In this document: positions 13,901 to 31,511 of the stretch, piece after piece
Layout: every line of letters begins with the position of its first letter
Position numbering within the stretch: the first letter of the stretch is position 1
DNA from: Hormiphora californensis
Lineage: Eukaryota > Animalia > Ctenophora
Assembly (NCBI GenBank): GCA_020137815.1
Contig: CM035351.1
Location: 7,192,001 to 7,256,000, forward strand
Length of the DNA: 64,000 nt
Reading direction: 5' to 3'
Notes under the pieces: generated by a model
The model's database searches: none
What the model was told of the DNA's origin: nothing
Seen by the model: only the letters and a program-made list of their open reading frames with translations
Made by a program: the position numbers and the translations under genes

Positions 13901-14048
13901 ACTTGAAGGGGAGTGAGAAAAATAGGGCTAGATATTGGGTTGAATTCTTTTATTGACATAATACCATGTAGAACATGTGTTTAGGTACCAGATATTATCT
14001 GTATACAGCCATCTTAATTCTTGGAGCAGCAAACAGTGGCCTTCTGAA
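10904..14048. repeat. Higher-order tandem repeat: five arrays of a 57-bp monomer (10, 5, 7, 6 and 5 full copies) joined by an invariant linker
   Basis: Monomer AATAGGGCTAGATATT(T/G)GGTTGAAAAAGGGATATTCTACTTGAAGGGGAGTGAGAAA. Block periods of 569, 683, 626 and 569 bp equal 284 + n x 57. Confidence 0.97.
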
Positions 14049-14244
14049 CCCACTACATCATCCGTGGAAAGAGGGTGTTAGAAGCACCAAGGGACTCTTG
14101 AACATTTATATAAACTAGCTCTGGACTCTAATTTATCGATCATAGTAGAGAAAAACCGCTTTTGAAAGCAGGAAGGTAGCCGTAAAGTTTTGTCTTTTTT
14201 AAGTGTTATCTTACCAATATGCTATAAAGCGGGATATTAAATGT

Positions 14245-14830
14245 TTGATGATGATGATGATGATGAACATGAGAGAGAGACAGCTCAGGAGGATAGAAGA
14301 AGGGGGATATCATACCCAATCCAGAGAGAGAGTGGGGGTTATCAAAAGTCCGAGAGGGTGGTTTATAATAATATTAACGCCCAAAAACTAAACGGAAACA
14401 TCACATGCACCTCTAACAGGCGGGCGATCTTAAAAATCTACGTCCTACCCTAAACTTCTCTAGAGATGATTTGAATTGCCCAATAGTTTTACAAGCATTA
14501 ACATTAACATATCTGGTGGGAGTCTGTTCCTCTACTGAGATGCTCTCAGACCAGAAGAGGAATGCAGTTTATTAATCTTCCAGGTTTCCACCCTGTGGGG
14601 GAAAAACAGGAGGAACTGCCCTCACTCCAAGATACATATATTGTGTTGGAGGATAGGCTGCAAAGATTTCCGAAGCAAGCCTGTAATTTGCTCTGCAATT
14701 AACTACTACGTGAATTGGTTAACTCTGCGGAAGACCTGGATGGGAAAACGGCTGAACAGATTTCTTAACCAAGCCCCGGTGTTGGGACACATTCGTCGGA
14801 CAATTTAATCTTGGACCCGTGGACGGTGTA
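14245..14830 (-). mobile_element. Degraded CR1/L2-type LINE 3' end with a (CAT)n tail
   Basis: The minus strand at ~14455-14535 reads NRLPPDM...NACKTIGQFKSSLEKF, matching the CR1/L2 'WNxLP...FKxxL' terminus. (ATG)n run at 14247-14265. Confidence 0.55.
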
Positions 14831-15537
14831 GGTTCATTACCAAACGTTCTGGACTTTTCTTAGATCTAGGGTTAATTAATTAACTATTTCAGTCTTCTTT
14901 TTAACACTTTTTATTATGTTGTGTTTTAAAGTTGCTCCGGTTGTTGCGAGCAGAGAGTGCGTTGGCATCTTTTCTCTGGGAATCTATTCACTATTGAGTG
15001 GTATATTCACTATTCAGTGCGTAATTTCCATTTACAACTTTCCATTTTCCAAGACAATTCGTTTCAAGTGTCCAGATCCTTAGCACACGGCCCTGCTAAA
15101 GCTTGGAACACGTGCATATCTTGTGTTTGTCACTTTTATAGCACGTAAAAAGGGGGTGAACAGTTAAAAATAACTTATCCTGATTGACCCAAAATATGCG
15201 GTCTCCATGTCGGCTCCCTATTTGTTACCCAGTGTAGTAGAATATTTTGTTGATGTGGTTTGGAAATAAACTTCTATGCTTTTAATTTTATAATTTTATC
15301 CTAGCTAGTACTTGTTTCTCAGTTTCTCCCAACGCTTAGTATCAACCCCTAATTTTACATTGTATTGGGATGGAGTAACCTGGTTGCCGCATTCTACGTG
15401 ATAGGTCTTACAACAGTGTACCATAACACATTGTGGGAGGGTTTAGGAAAGAAAAAGTGGTGGAATGAATAGTTGGGTAGTCCTAACGAGTAACGAGTAT
15501 TCCTAACAATTGAAAAATAGTTTGACAACAAATTTAA

Positions 15538-21569
<6,032 letters not shown>

Positions 21570-22800
21570 TTCGAGGAATATATGAGGATGCATACCGAGA
21601 GAAAGAAAACGAAATATCTGTGATTTTATACTCAGTATTTTTATGCCTCGATAATCCTATATGAAGATGAACATGAGAGACACTGTTGGGAGAGTTCGGG
21701 TTGAAAGGGGCAATTATGTATAATGGTGGAGAGAGAGAGAGAGCGAGAAAAGAATGGTTAATTAAGTCGCGGGTATTAATCGACTAAATTCTGTGAAATT
21801 AATCACATTATTATCTGACTACAGTTCTAACTATATGAACCGGGGAAAGTTATTAGCCGCAGTTTGGCAACATTTTGGATTCCTAGAACTGTCAATCGTG
21901 TGTGGGTTAACTGGTGTGCTGCTAGTATTCACGATCTTGAAATTATTGAGTTCGCGAGAATGTATTCTCGCGAACTCAATATAATCGTGATCATTGAAAT
22001 TGGTCTTGCCAATTTCTCTCTATATTCTGATGACTGAAAACAATCATATTAGTTTCTTATTCCCCCTAAATGCTTTATCTTCGAGAATCAAACTGTCTTG
22101 GTTTGCAGGCCTTCGAGAAATACTTAAATTCTAAAGTAAACGGTTTCACGAAACTGTATGCTTTTGAGATGCTGGGACTGTTTAATATAAAGACCCATCA
22201 GCTGGGTATTTATAATAAATCGTCCCCTGGTTATCAGGAGTCACGACTGGTAGCTCTCAGTTCATATAATACCTGTCAGAGCGATGCTTGACCTCGCTCA
22301 TCTCAAAGAGCACACGAGAAAGGGCCAGCGTGATGCCTGACAGGTTTGAGTCCCTTATCATTATAATCTTGCGTTCAAATGCACTGTTAGGTTCCTCACT
22401 TTTTTAATTTTTGCCTGGCTTGTGAGTTAATCAATTCCTTGTCTGTTCCTTATTAAGAGACCTGTAAAGTTGTCCGGTGCTAATATTATGGTGATGAATT
22501 TGTGGCAAATTATTTGCCTCCTGTGCTCGAAGAATATCTTGTGTATTTTTCCTGATATAGATATTGAACTGTTCTAGTTTAGCCCGACCCAATTCTTCTC
22601 TTTCACTGAAAGGTTCGGGTACAATACCGTTAACTGACAACAATTAGATCTGATCTTTTTTACAATTATATATTATATCTTCAAGTGTAAAATGTTAATG
22701 ATGTTGTGGGAAGAGGTGGGAAAATAGGGAAACGTTATGCCATGACAATATATTGTTATTTAAATGTTGTGTGACAACTATCTTCTTACACCCCCATGAA

Positions 22801-22910
22801 TCAGGAACCGACCGAATCAGGAAATACTGGCCCCTGATTGGCTGATAACCAGTCACGTGACCTAAATAACGAGCTCTGATTGGTTGTTTACTTGGTTCGG
22901 TCGGTTCCTG
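22801..22910 (-). mobile_element. Short dispersed repeat (CCAAT/GTCACGTGAC family), copy 2
   Basis: Reverse complement of the 5101 copy, with CAGGAACCGACCGAA terminal inverted repeats. Confidence 0.85.
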
Positions 22911-24065
22911 CCATGAATGTATCATTGTGCAGAGATGGATTTATTTTTGAAAATTTACTTATTCTTAATAACTCTACCAAGAGAGAGATAGATCATTGTG
23001 ACGAAAGGAACCACCGTATTATGATGATGATGAGTATTACTCTATTATATAGTACAATCTTTATTTTAAAGTAAAACTATTTGCTTGAGCTCGAAAAAAT
23101 ATCCGTGTTTCAGTTTGATCACCTGGCCCAGCTCATGTTCAAACCCTCCTTTACAGGGTGTGGAGAGAGAGGGTCGAACAAGGGAACCTTGCTGGGCCCA
23201 GCTCATGTGAGGGAAAAGGGGGCTGCGAGGAGCTGGGAGAAGGCAACGTCATTTCGATACCAAGTTCTACCTTAGTGCTAATATGGACCTACAAGAAGGT
23301 GCCAAAAACAGCCAACTTGCTTTGTTGAGTAACTCACTAACAAAACTAGCCCAAAACTAGCTATATGCTCGTTTTTGCACTTCCGGTAGAACGGTTAGAT
23401 TTCATCAAAAATGGGTGTCCGTGTACTACAACCTACGTTCTACACGGTGTAGAACGTAGGTTGTTTCTGCACTGTATCAAATAGGGATCCGGATGCCGCC
23501 AGACAGATGAGCGTGATGTTGTGAACTTGCAGTAGTTTGTTGAGTAAGGGGGAAGAGTCTTCCCCCTTACTCAACAAGTTGGTGATGCCATCATCTCTTA
23601 CAACTCAGCCCGCCTCGCGGGCTTCGTTTTCGCGCGCTACGCGCGCGAGTTGTAAGGGTGACTGCGTCACCAACTCAACAAGCAGTAATGGCATCAAGGG
23701 TGCAGGACGCAGGTGGTTCAACTGGGTAAGCGGTATTAGGGCATTCTGGTAACTTGGTGACCCTGGCCTAATAGTATTACAGCCCTAATGCATCGATTGA
23801 ATTTGATTGCGGTATCGATTGATTGCGGTATCGCATCATTTCCTCTTGACCCCTGGCAAGGCATTGGCCTGACCCTATTCTCATTTCTTCAAATAAGGAG
23901 CGTGCGAGAACTTGACCCACCAAAGCATGTTCGGAGATTTGAGATTTCTATGTGAATTGCGATGTAATTTGAGATTTCTATGTGATCAGAAACGACTTTT
24001 CCGATGAGATGAAATTGGCTGTCAGGCCAACGCTCTGATCACAGTTCTCGCCCCAGGCCAATGCT

Positions 24066-24205
24066 CTGACAGGTCCGCAGCACCAGACAGGTAACTACCA
24101 AGTTAGACTGTATATCTGATCTTGGTACTTTCTGAATCAGAAAGTACCTACCAAGATATAAAGTCCAACTTGGTAGTTACCTGTCTGGTGCTGCGGACCT
24201 GTCAG
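24066..24205. mobile_element. Hairpin (foldback) MITE
   Basis: CTGACAGGTCCGCAGCACCAGACAGGTAACTACCAAGTT and its reverse complement form the arms; the centre is also palindromic. Confidence 0.85.
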
Positions 24206-24331
24206 AATCGAATTATTCTGACCCCAATACCAAACAAGAATATGGGATAATTCGCCCATAATTTTAGTCACTAAATTAGTGGTCTTCTTCCTTCTAACCT
24301 CTCACGTGCAAGGAAGCAAGCAGTTTTTAGC

Positions 24332-24363
<32 letters not shown>

Positions 24364-24364
24364 C

Positions 24365-24457
<93 letters not shown>

Positions 24458-24585
24458 TAGAGAGAGAGTTGCTGAGTAAGGAAAGTAGGGGACAGATTGG
24501 GACACCATGCATACGATATAACTGCTCCTCGGTATATTTATATCAATATGGGATATATTATTTGTATAATTATATATATATAATA

Positions 24586-24797
24586 TTAGAGCAAAAACTA
24601 ATTGAAATTAGTTCGCCAGAAAGGTGGCCCATTTTGAACTTACTCCTTTGTTTCCGTCACCTTTGAGTTGAGGCTTCAAAGACATTGAGGTATCCGTAAA
24701 CTTTTCCGCCTTCAACTCAAAGGTGACGGAAATGAAGAAGTAAGTTCAAAATGGGCCACCTTTCTGGCGAACTAATTTCAATTAGTTTTTGCTCTAA
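24586..24797. mobile_element. Hairpin (foldback) MITE with ~85-bp arms
   Basis: TTAGAGCAAAAACTAATTGAAATTAGTTCGCCAGAAAGGTGGCCC... is matched by its reverse complement ending at 24797. Confidence 0.88.
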
Positions 24798-25483
24798 ATT
24801 TGTACTCTTTTTTGGTCGTTTGAGGTCATTTATGACCTCAAACAACTAAGATAATTGTCAACTAAAGTGTTCAAATGTAATTCAAATGTATCCTGGGTTG
24901 TAGGAAACTGATTTGACGAAATTTTCAAAATTCGACGTCGTTTTGACGTCGTGACGTCACATGTGACGTCACGACGACTTAAAAAATGATGACAGACTAT
25001 TCGGCCGATGGAGCACTAAACGTTTGGAAAGTTTTAAAGGCAGCAGTAGTCAAGAACTGAAGTTATTGCACGAAATGTGAGTTTTTGTGTAGATTTTCAC
25101 ATCAAATTTTTGAGTTCAGACGCGTTTTAAGGTCTAAAAATGACAAGTTAGAGAAAATCACTATATAGTATCTGAAAGTTCAGACAATTTGCCACTAACG
25201 ATTTTCCGTCAAATCAGGAATCAGAATACGTCTTGATGGTGTTAGAGGCGTTTGAAAATGTTTGGTCTGAGATTTTTCAATGACGTCACTTTGTGACGTC
25301 GTTACGGTCGTCATAGTAGACATTTTCACTCGAAACCTTAACTAATGCATGCCCCGAACGATTTCCTAACGGATAAAACTTGGTTCAAGTCTCTAGCTAG
25401 TATGGTTCGCACTACAAGTGTTACACAGTGAAGCGTCTATATATATATATCTATATATCTATCTATCTATATATATATATATA

Positions 25484-25903
25484 TAAGTCCAAAAACCAAT
25501 TAAATAAATTAGTTTGGATGCCCGGGCCCATGTGGTGTCACGGGGGTAACACCTTTAGGCTACTGCCATAATTAACGGCATATCTCGTTAATTGTTAATT
25601 GTTATCCTTCAATCTGTCTATCTCTATCTATCTCTCTCAGTCTCTCTCTCACTCTCTTTCACACACTATTTCTCTATCTTTCTCTCTCACTGTTTCTTTC
25701 ACTATATCTCTCTTTTTTTTCTCTCTCCTCTTATTTATCTCTTCGTCTTTCTTGATTATATCGCACTCTTTCTATCCTAATTTCCTTTGCCTTTATCTCT
25801 CCCGATATCCATCATTTATGACAGTAGCCTAAAGGTGTTACCCCCGTGACACCACATGGGCCCGGGCATCCAAACTAATTTATTTAATTGGTTTTTGGAC
25901 TTA
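25484..25903. mobile_element. MITE with ~85-bp TIRs and a CT-rich interior, next to a (TA)n run
   Basis: TAAGTCCAAAAACCAATT...CCTTTAGGCTACTG on the left and its reverse complement on the right. A partial TIR copy lies in the Kv intron (~36498-36565). Confidence 0.88.
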
Positions 25904-25979
25904 ATTTCTGTTCTTTTTGGTGTAAAATAGAAAAAGCTATTTTTTCTGATTTCTGCATATTTTCGAATTTGAATAATTC

Positions 25980-26553
25980 ATAAATATACGAATAACGACT
26001 AAACGGTGAGAGATACGACTTTTTACCAGGGGACGACCCCCTATAAATTGACTATTTTGCGCCGGAATATGTCCATGAAAACGTTCTAGGACCAGCCGAA
26101 GTGGAAATATTAAGAATATGCATTAAATCATGAACCGGTACATAAATATGCAAATAACGGCTTAACGGTGCGAGATAGAGATTTTTGTCCCGAGTAAGAC
26201 CCCCCATAAATCGACTATTTTGCGTCGAAATATGTCCATGAAAACGTTCTAAGACCAGCCGAACTGGAAATATTTAGAATATGCATAAAATCATGAATCG
26301 GTGCATAAATATGCAAATAACGGCTAAACGGTGCGAGATACGACTTTTTGTCCGGGGGACGACCCCCCATAAATCGACTATTTTACGTCGAAATATGTCC
26401 ATGAAAACGTTCTAGGACCAGCTGAAGTGAAAATATTCGAAAATATGCATAAAATCGTGAATAGGTGCATAAATATGCAAATAACGGCTTAACGGTGCGA
26501 GATAGAGATTTTTGTCCCGAGTAAGACCCCCCATAAATCGACCATTCCGCGTC
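25980..26553. repeat. ~163-bp tandem repeat (about 3.5 copies) with alternating A/B variants
   Basis: Units alternate GGGGACGACCCC and CGAGTAAGACCCC and share ATATGTCCATGAAAACGTTCTA. Confidence 0.85.
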
Positions 26554-27959
26554 GACTAAGACCGGTTTCAAGTCTTTATGACCTTCGAGTCGTGTCATAT
26601 CGCAACCATGGTTAAAATGAATATTTAATGACTAATTAATGAATAATTAATGAACTATGGCGATTTCGAAGTTCTCACAAAGCTATTACCGAGCGCAATG
26701 ATGTAAGGAACCACTGTTCCAAACGGCAAGTCTCTATTATTTGTGGTTTAGGAGAACACTCAAAGATAAAAAAGCGTCCTCCCCCTCCCCCTCCCCCTCC
26801 CCTCCTTTACATTTTTGCATTTTGGGACCCCTCTGGCAAATTTTTACCTTACATCCGATCGTTCTGAAAATTTGCATGCCTCTTCTCCTATATGAGGGCA
26901 CTCAGAGTACAAAATTTCAGCTCTCCACTTCATCTGGAACATGCTTTTTTAAAGCATCAAAAACCTCGAAATCTGCAATGGTATATAGTAGCACTGGCAG
27001 GTTTTCACGCGCTTGTGTGTAGAAGTGTTGCGTGTGCTCTCTCTTTTGTTTTTGAGTTAGAGGGTATTTCTAAGGTGGGGGCTCTGCCCCCACACCCCCG
27101 TTTATGGTGGGGGCTGTGCCCCCACACCCCCCTTTTGGGCCCGGGGCACTTGCCAGTGCTATGATACCTATCGCCACACTGAATTTTCTGTTTTGGGGGT
27201 GGTGTCATAACTTGCGACCGGAATGAGCTAGCAACTTGAAATTTTTACCGTCAGTAGAGGTCTACGTGAAGCTTCTTAGTACCAAATTTCAGCCTCCTAT
27301 CTCATCTGGTTCCTGAGTTAGGAGGGGTCGAAAAGTGCCAAAATGGGCTAAAACTTTAAAATTGTTATATCTACGCTGTTGGCAAGCGGGCCCACTTTTT
27401 CGGGAAAAGTTTTTGGGGGGATGGGATGGGGCCACCTTTGCGCTTGCCAGCGCAGTGATGTATGAATTTCTCAACAAATTCGCTTCCGTTCCTATGCAGC
27501 CCAGCACCTTGTGTGTGACTTGTGTGTGTGCATGGGTAATATCGCTACCGCACGGAGAGATCAGGAGAATTATCCACCTTGTATTGCTGAATATTGTGGC
27601 CCTCTCTTTTTCAATTAAATATCTTCTTGGCCAACACATTTTCCTTTCAATCTGATAGTCAATCTGATAGTGATAAGGGAACGGATTTTTGTCAATTTCC
27701 ACGGAATTGGATTTATCTATCCAGCTCACATATTCACGTGTATGTGGCAAATCGAAACTGAGTCCCTTTTCTATCTTGCTTTTGCTATGCTCTCGCTAAG
27801 TGCATCCATCAGTACCACTATCAGATTCAGGGCCTGATAGACGGTATGATCATCATCCTCCGTCTTACTTAGATATGTTAGTAACAGTGTTACTGTCACT
27901 GTAACAGTGTTACTGTCACTGTCAGATTATTGGCCTGACTACATTATCATTTTTTCTAG

Positions 27960-28045
27960 GGAGCGCGAGAACTGCGGTCAGAGCATTGGCCTGAAAAATA
28001 TGTTAGGCCAATGCTCTGACAGTGACCACAGTTCTCGTGCGCTCC
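27960..28045. repeat. Short imperfect palindrome related to the 23897-24070 repeat family
   Basis: GGAGCGCGAGAACTG...CAGAGCATTGGCCT pairs with AGGCCAATGCTCTG...CAGTTCTCGTGCGCTCC. Confidence 0.7.
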
Positions 28046-28635
28046 GAAAGAAATGAGAATCACCCCCGATACTTGGCCATACCAGCTAGTACTAGCGAGG
28101 GGCACCATGGTTGGGGAAGAGATGTTACTTCCCCAACTAGCCGCTCCAACTAGCAAATAAATATTACTGATTATGCATGCCTTGTAACTGACACCCCCAG
28201 CACTATAAAAGTAACGACCCACCCGCGAAGCCCAGCTAGCTTACATGTTAAAAAACCGCTTAGTAGGGAACCGCTAACGACCTCCCTACGATCTATCTTT
28301 CATATAATATGAGCTCCCTAGCGTATGAAATCTTGAGCATGATCCAGTGATCCACTTTAACTTTAATTGATTAGATTTTGGCTAAACTTTTGGCTAATAC
28401 TAGGACTATGAACTGGTCGAATTCAGTGATTCGCATGTTAGTGTAAATAATTCCGGTGAATGCGATATTCGTTCTTTCCCTCTATTTCTCCTCATACCCA
28501 AGTTCAAGTTCTCCTTGTCCCTTATGCTTGCTCATATTTTCTCCATCTTTCTCTTTTACTTCATCTTCCTTTCTGCTCCTCAACTCTTTATCTATCTATC
28601 TATCTATACCCCCTCTCTCTTTCTATCTCCCTCTC

Positions 28636-28681
<46 letters not shown>

Positions 28682-30045
28682 TCTCTCTATTCCATTACCC
28701 TTCTTCTCATGGGATGGTCATTATCCAGCCCAGCCTTTGTGTGTGTTATACACTCTTGTACCCCTACACTCTTGTACCTTTACTTGTAGTTGTACTCACT
28801 TTATAGCGACCCAATATCGTGCTTACCTATGACTCAGTACTAATGAGTCATATATCAAGAGGGCTTACTCAACAACTATTATACAAGTCTTACTTGTATA
28901 ATCATGCACAATAGCTCGTGTACTCACTGCTGTGCACGTTCATGAAGTCATGAATATTATATGTGTGGTCAGTGTGGGCCTCTTATGTAAAACGAACACG
29001 CATATTTGAAAAGAATCGAGAGTGTTCTGTGTGGTTCCGGCAGCTACCTCCCAGTCTCTGTAGAGTTTTGTTACATCACCCAATGTTGTTTTTTGAGGAG
29101 GGTATCACATGTCGCGTTTTACCCCCCCTATCATTTGTATTTTGTGTAATGTATACATGTACTACGTACGTGTATACATTGTACTAGAAGTCACTGGGCC
29201 ACTATGACAGTTAACCAGTGGCTAAAATAACTAGATTGTGTACTCGGAATCGGCCTAGTTACTGCTACTACTCAGGTAGTTAGGTAGTATCATTATGAAT
29301 ACATCTCAACCGATACCACTGATACTATGACAGTACCACACGTACATTTGGTCACACATCTCAACATTCAAACACCCTGCAATTTCATCTACAGCTATAG
29401 AATTATCTTGTCGTGGTATAGCTCTCTCTCTCTCTGGTTCTCTCTTTATCTAACTATCGTTCTATGTGGGTCTCTTGACCCGATGTGGGTTTTGCTATCT
29501 TGCTGTGTGGTCATATAGCTATTTATGTACATGATTGAATTTTAGATATACCTAGAATTATTGAGGCACCCCTCACACAGCTAATCGCGGCATATTTTAA
29601 CCACTTTATGATTATCCGGTTTCATCTACTTTGCGTTTCTTTTGCATTCCAAATCCAGTTGATATATATTCGCCGCTGCCACCTATTATAAATCCTAAGC
29701 TTAGCTAAGCTTAGCTAAGTCCTAATGGGTGCTAAAACCTTTAGTAGAATATGGCACGTACTGGGTTACTTTTAGGTGTAAAAATCACATATAGCTTCAG
29801 TTTGCTTTCATTAAGACTGTTTGTGCGTAAATACTAATACATTTACAGTAACATCTGATTTGGTCATCGGAGACAGCCTGAGAGACCCGAGAATAGGAAT
29901 CCAAGTTCAGACTGAGAGAGGTAGAGAAAGATGTGACAGAGAGCTGCTGAGAGATGCCGCCCGTGATCTAAGTCGCCTCTCTCTATCCACCACAACCACT
30001 AAATCTCTCTGTCTCTCTCTCACTCTCTCTCTGTCTCTCTCACTC

Positions 30046-30116
<71 letters not shown>

Positions 30117-30120
30117 TCTA

Positions 30121-30222
<102 letters not shown>

Positions 30223-30312
30223 TCTATCTCTATCTCTCTCTCACTCCCTTTGCTACCAGGTGGATCACACTCCCCGTAACACGATACCTTTCCCAGCGTT
30301 CTACCTTTGATT

Positions 30313-31020
30313 ATGCTCCTCTCTGCCCTACTTCTACTTGTGGGTACTACCCTCGCTCAGGAGCCCATCGGATCCAATCTTCTTTTCCGGACCACCAGAC
30401 CACCATTGTACAACAACAATTTGGGGGCCGTTGTTACTGAGCCCCAGTTTACAGAAACAACGATAACATACAGTGGTGAAACGGTATTCTGTGACCTTGG
30501 AGAGTTTCCAGGGAATGTCCGGTTTCTGGACAAGGACTGTGTCACGTTCTTATACATCAACGATAAACGAGTTTTGGAACAGAAATCCTCCAAAACGCTC
30601 GCCTACAAATTTGATGGAGAGAAAACTAAGGCCTACTGCACAGGGAGCTGTAGCAACAGGTGGAACTCTAAACAAGACCTGACCTCTAAAGTTATCTCTG
30701 TTGGGCACACTCTGGCCGTGCTAGGAGGTTCTAATGGAGTGATCTACCTGGTAGCTGGGATAGGGGCTTTTGTAATCATTGTACTGGTTATCATTGCTGG
30801 TATTTGTATCAGACGGCGCCAAAACCAGTCCCGAGGAGGGGCAACTAAAGCACCCCCTCCAGCCAAGTACGAGCCTATGACAGTGGTGACAGACTCAGTG
30901 GAGGAACCACCCGCACCCAAGTTACCCCTCAAGTCAGCCCTGAAATCACCCACCCCAGTCCGGTTTGGTCCTTCCTCCACCACGAGTTCACTGCCCCCAC
31001 CCACGGACCCCCTCCTGTGA
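30313..31020 (+). CDS. Orphan type I single-pass membrane protein; the Pro-rich tail probably continues to ~31460 across frameshift(s)
   Basis: Signal peptide MLLSALLLLVGTTLAQ (first ATG at 30313), a 4-Cys ectodomain, a TM helix (VIYLVAGIGAFVIIVLVIIAGICI) followed by RRR, then a PxxP-rich tail. Confidence 0.75.
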   Translation: MLLSALLLLVGTTLAQEPIGSNLLFRTTRPPLYNNNLGAVVTEPQFTETTITYSGETVFCDLGEFPGNVRFLDKDCVTFLYINDKRVLEQKSSKTLAYKFDGEKTKAYCTGSCSNRWNSKQDLTSKVISVGHTLAVLGGSNGVIYLVAGIGAFVIIVLVIIAGICIRRRQNQSRGGATKAPPPAKYEPMTVVTDSVEEPPAPKLPLKSALKSPTPVRFGPSSTTSSLPPPTDPLL

Positions 31021-31511
31021 AGATGTCCCCACCTACCGAGGACACCAACAGAACACGCATACCACCCCTCCCCCCCTCTACTACCTACCTGCCAAGCAGG
31101 GTCGAGCTAACTTTGATATGGGGGAACTGAAGAACCGACTACAGCCCAGTATGCCTGGTCCACCTAGTTATGAGGATGAATCTGAGGACGACTCGGAGGA
31201 GGTTAGTTCGGATGAGGATACTACCACTGTACCAGAGTCTTTCGGTATGCCACCCAACTCAAACCACTACCCACCCGTCTCTAACTACCCACGTGCTAAT
31301 CCTCCCGCCAACTACCGTATTCTGAAATCAAAACCGATATTTGAACACACTGTGGTTTACTCTGCTGCAATAATATCCCGGGTCTGTAACAAGTTTATCA
31401 GTTACGTTGCACTGCCACGGATAATTAATGAGATCCAGCCAGAAATATACATTGAGAGATAAGAGAGAGATAGAGAGAGAGGAGAGAGAGAGTAGAGAGA
31501 GAGAGAGAGAT

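Noticed and set aside
10835-13959. Repetitive ORFs on both strands (NRARYWVEKGIFYLKGSEK / NPISSPIFLTPLQVEYPFF) and a CRISPR-like appearance
   Set aside because: The ORFs arise from a stop-free 57-bp monomer. The linkers are identical rather than unique spacers, there are no cas genes, and the context is eukaryotic.
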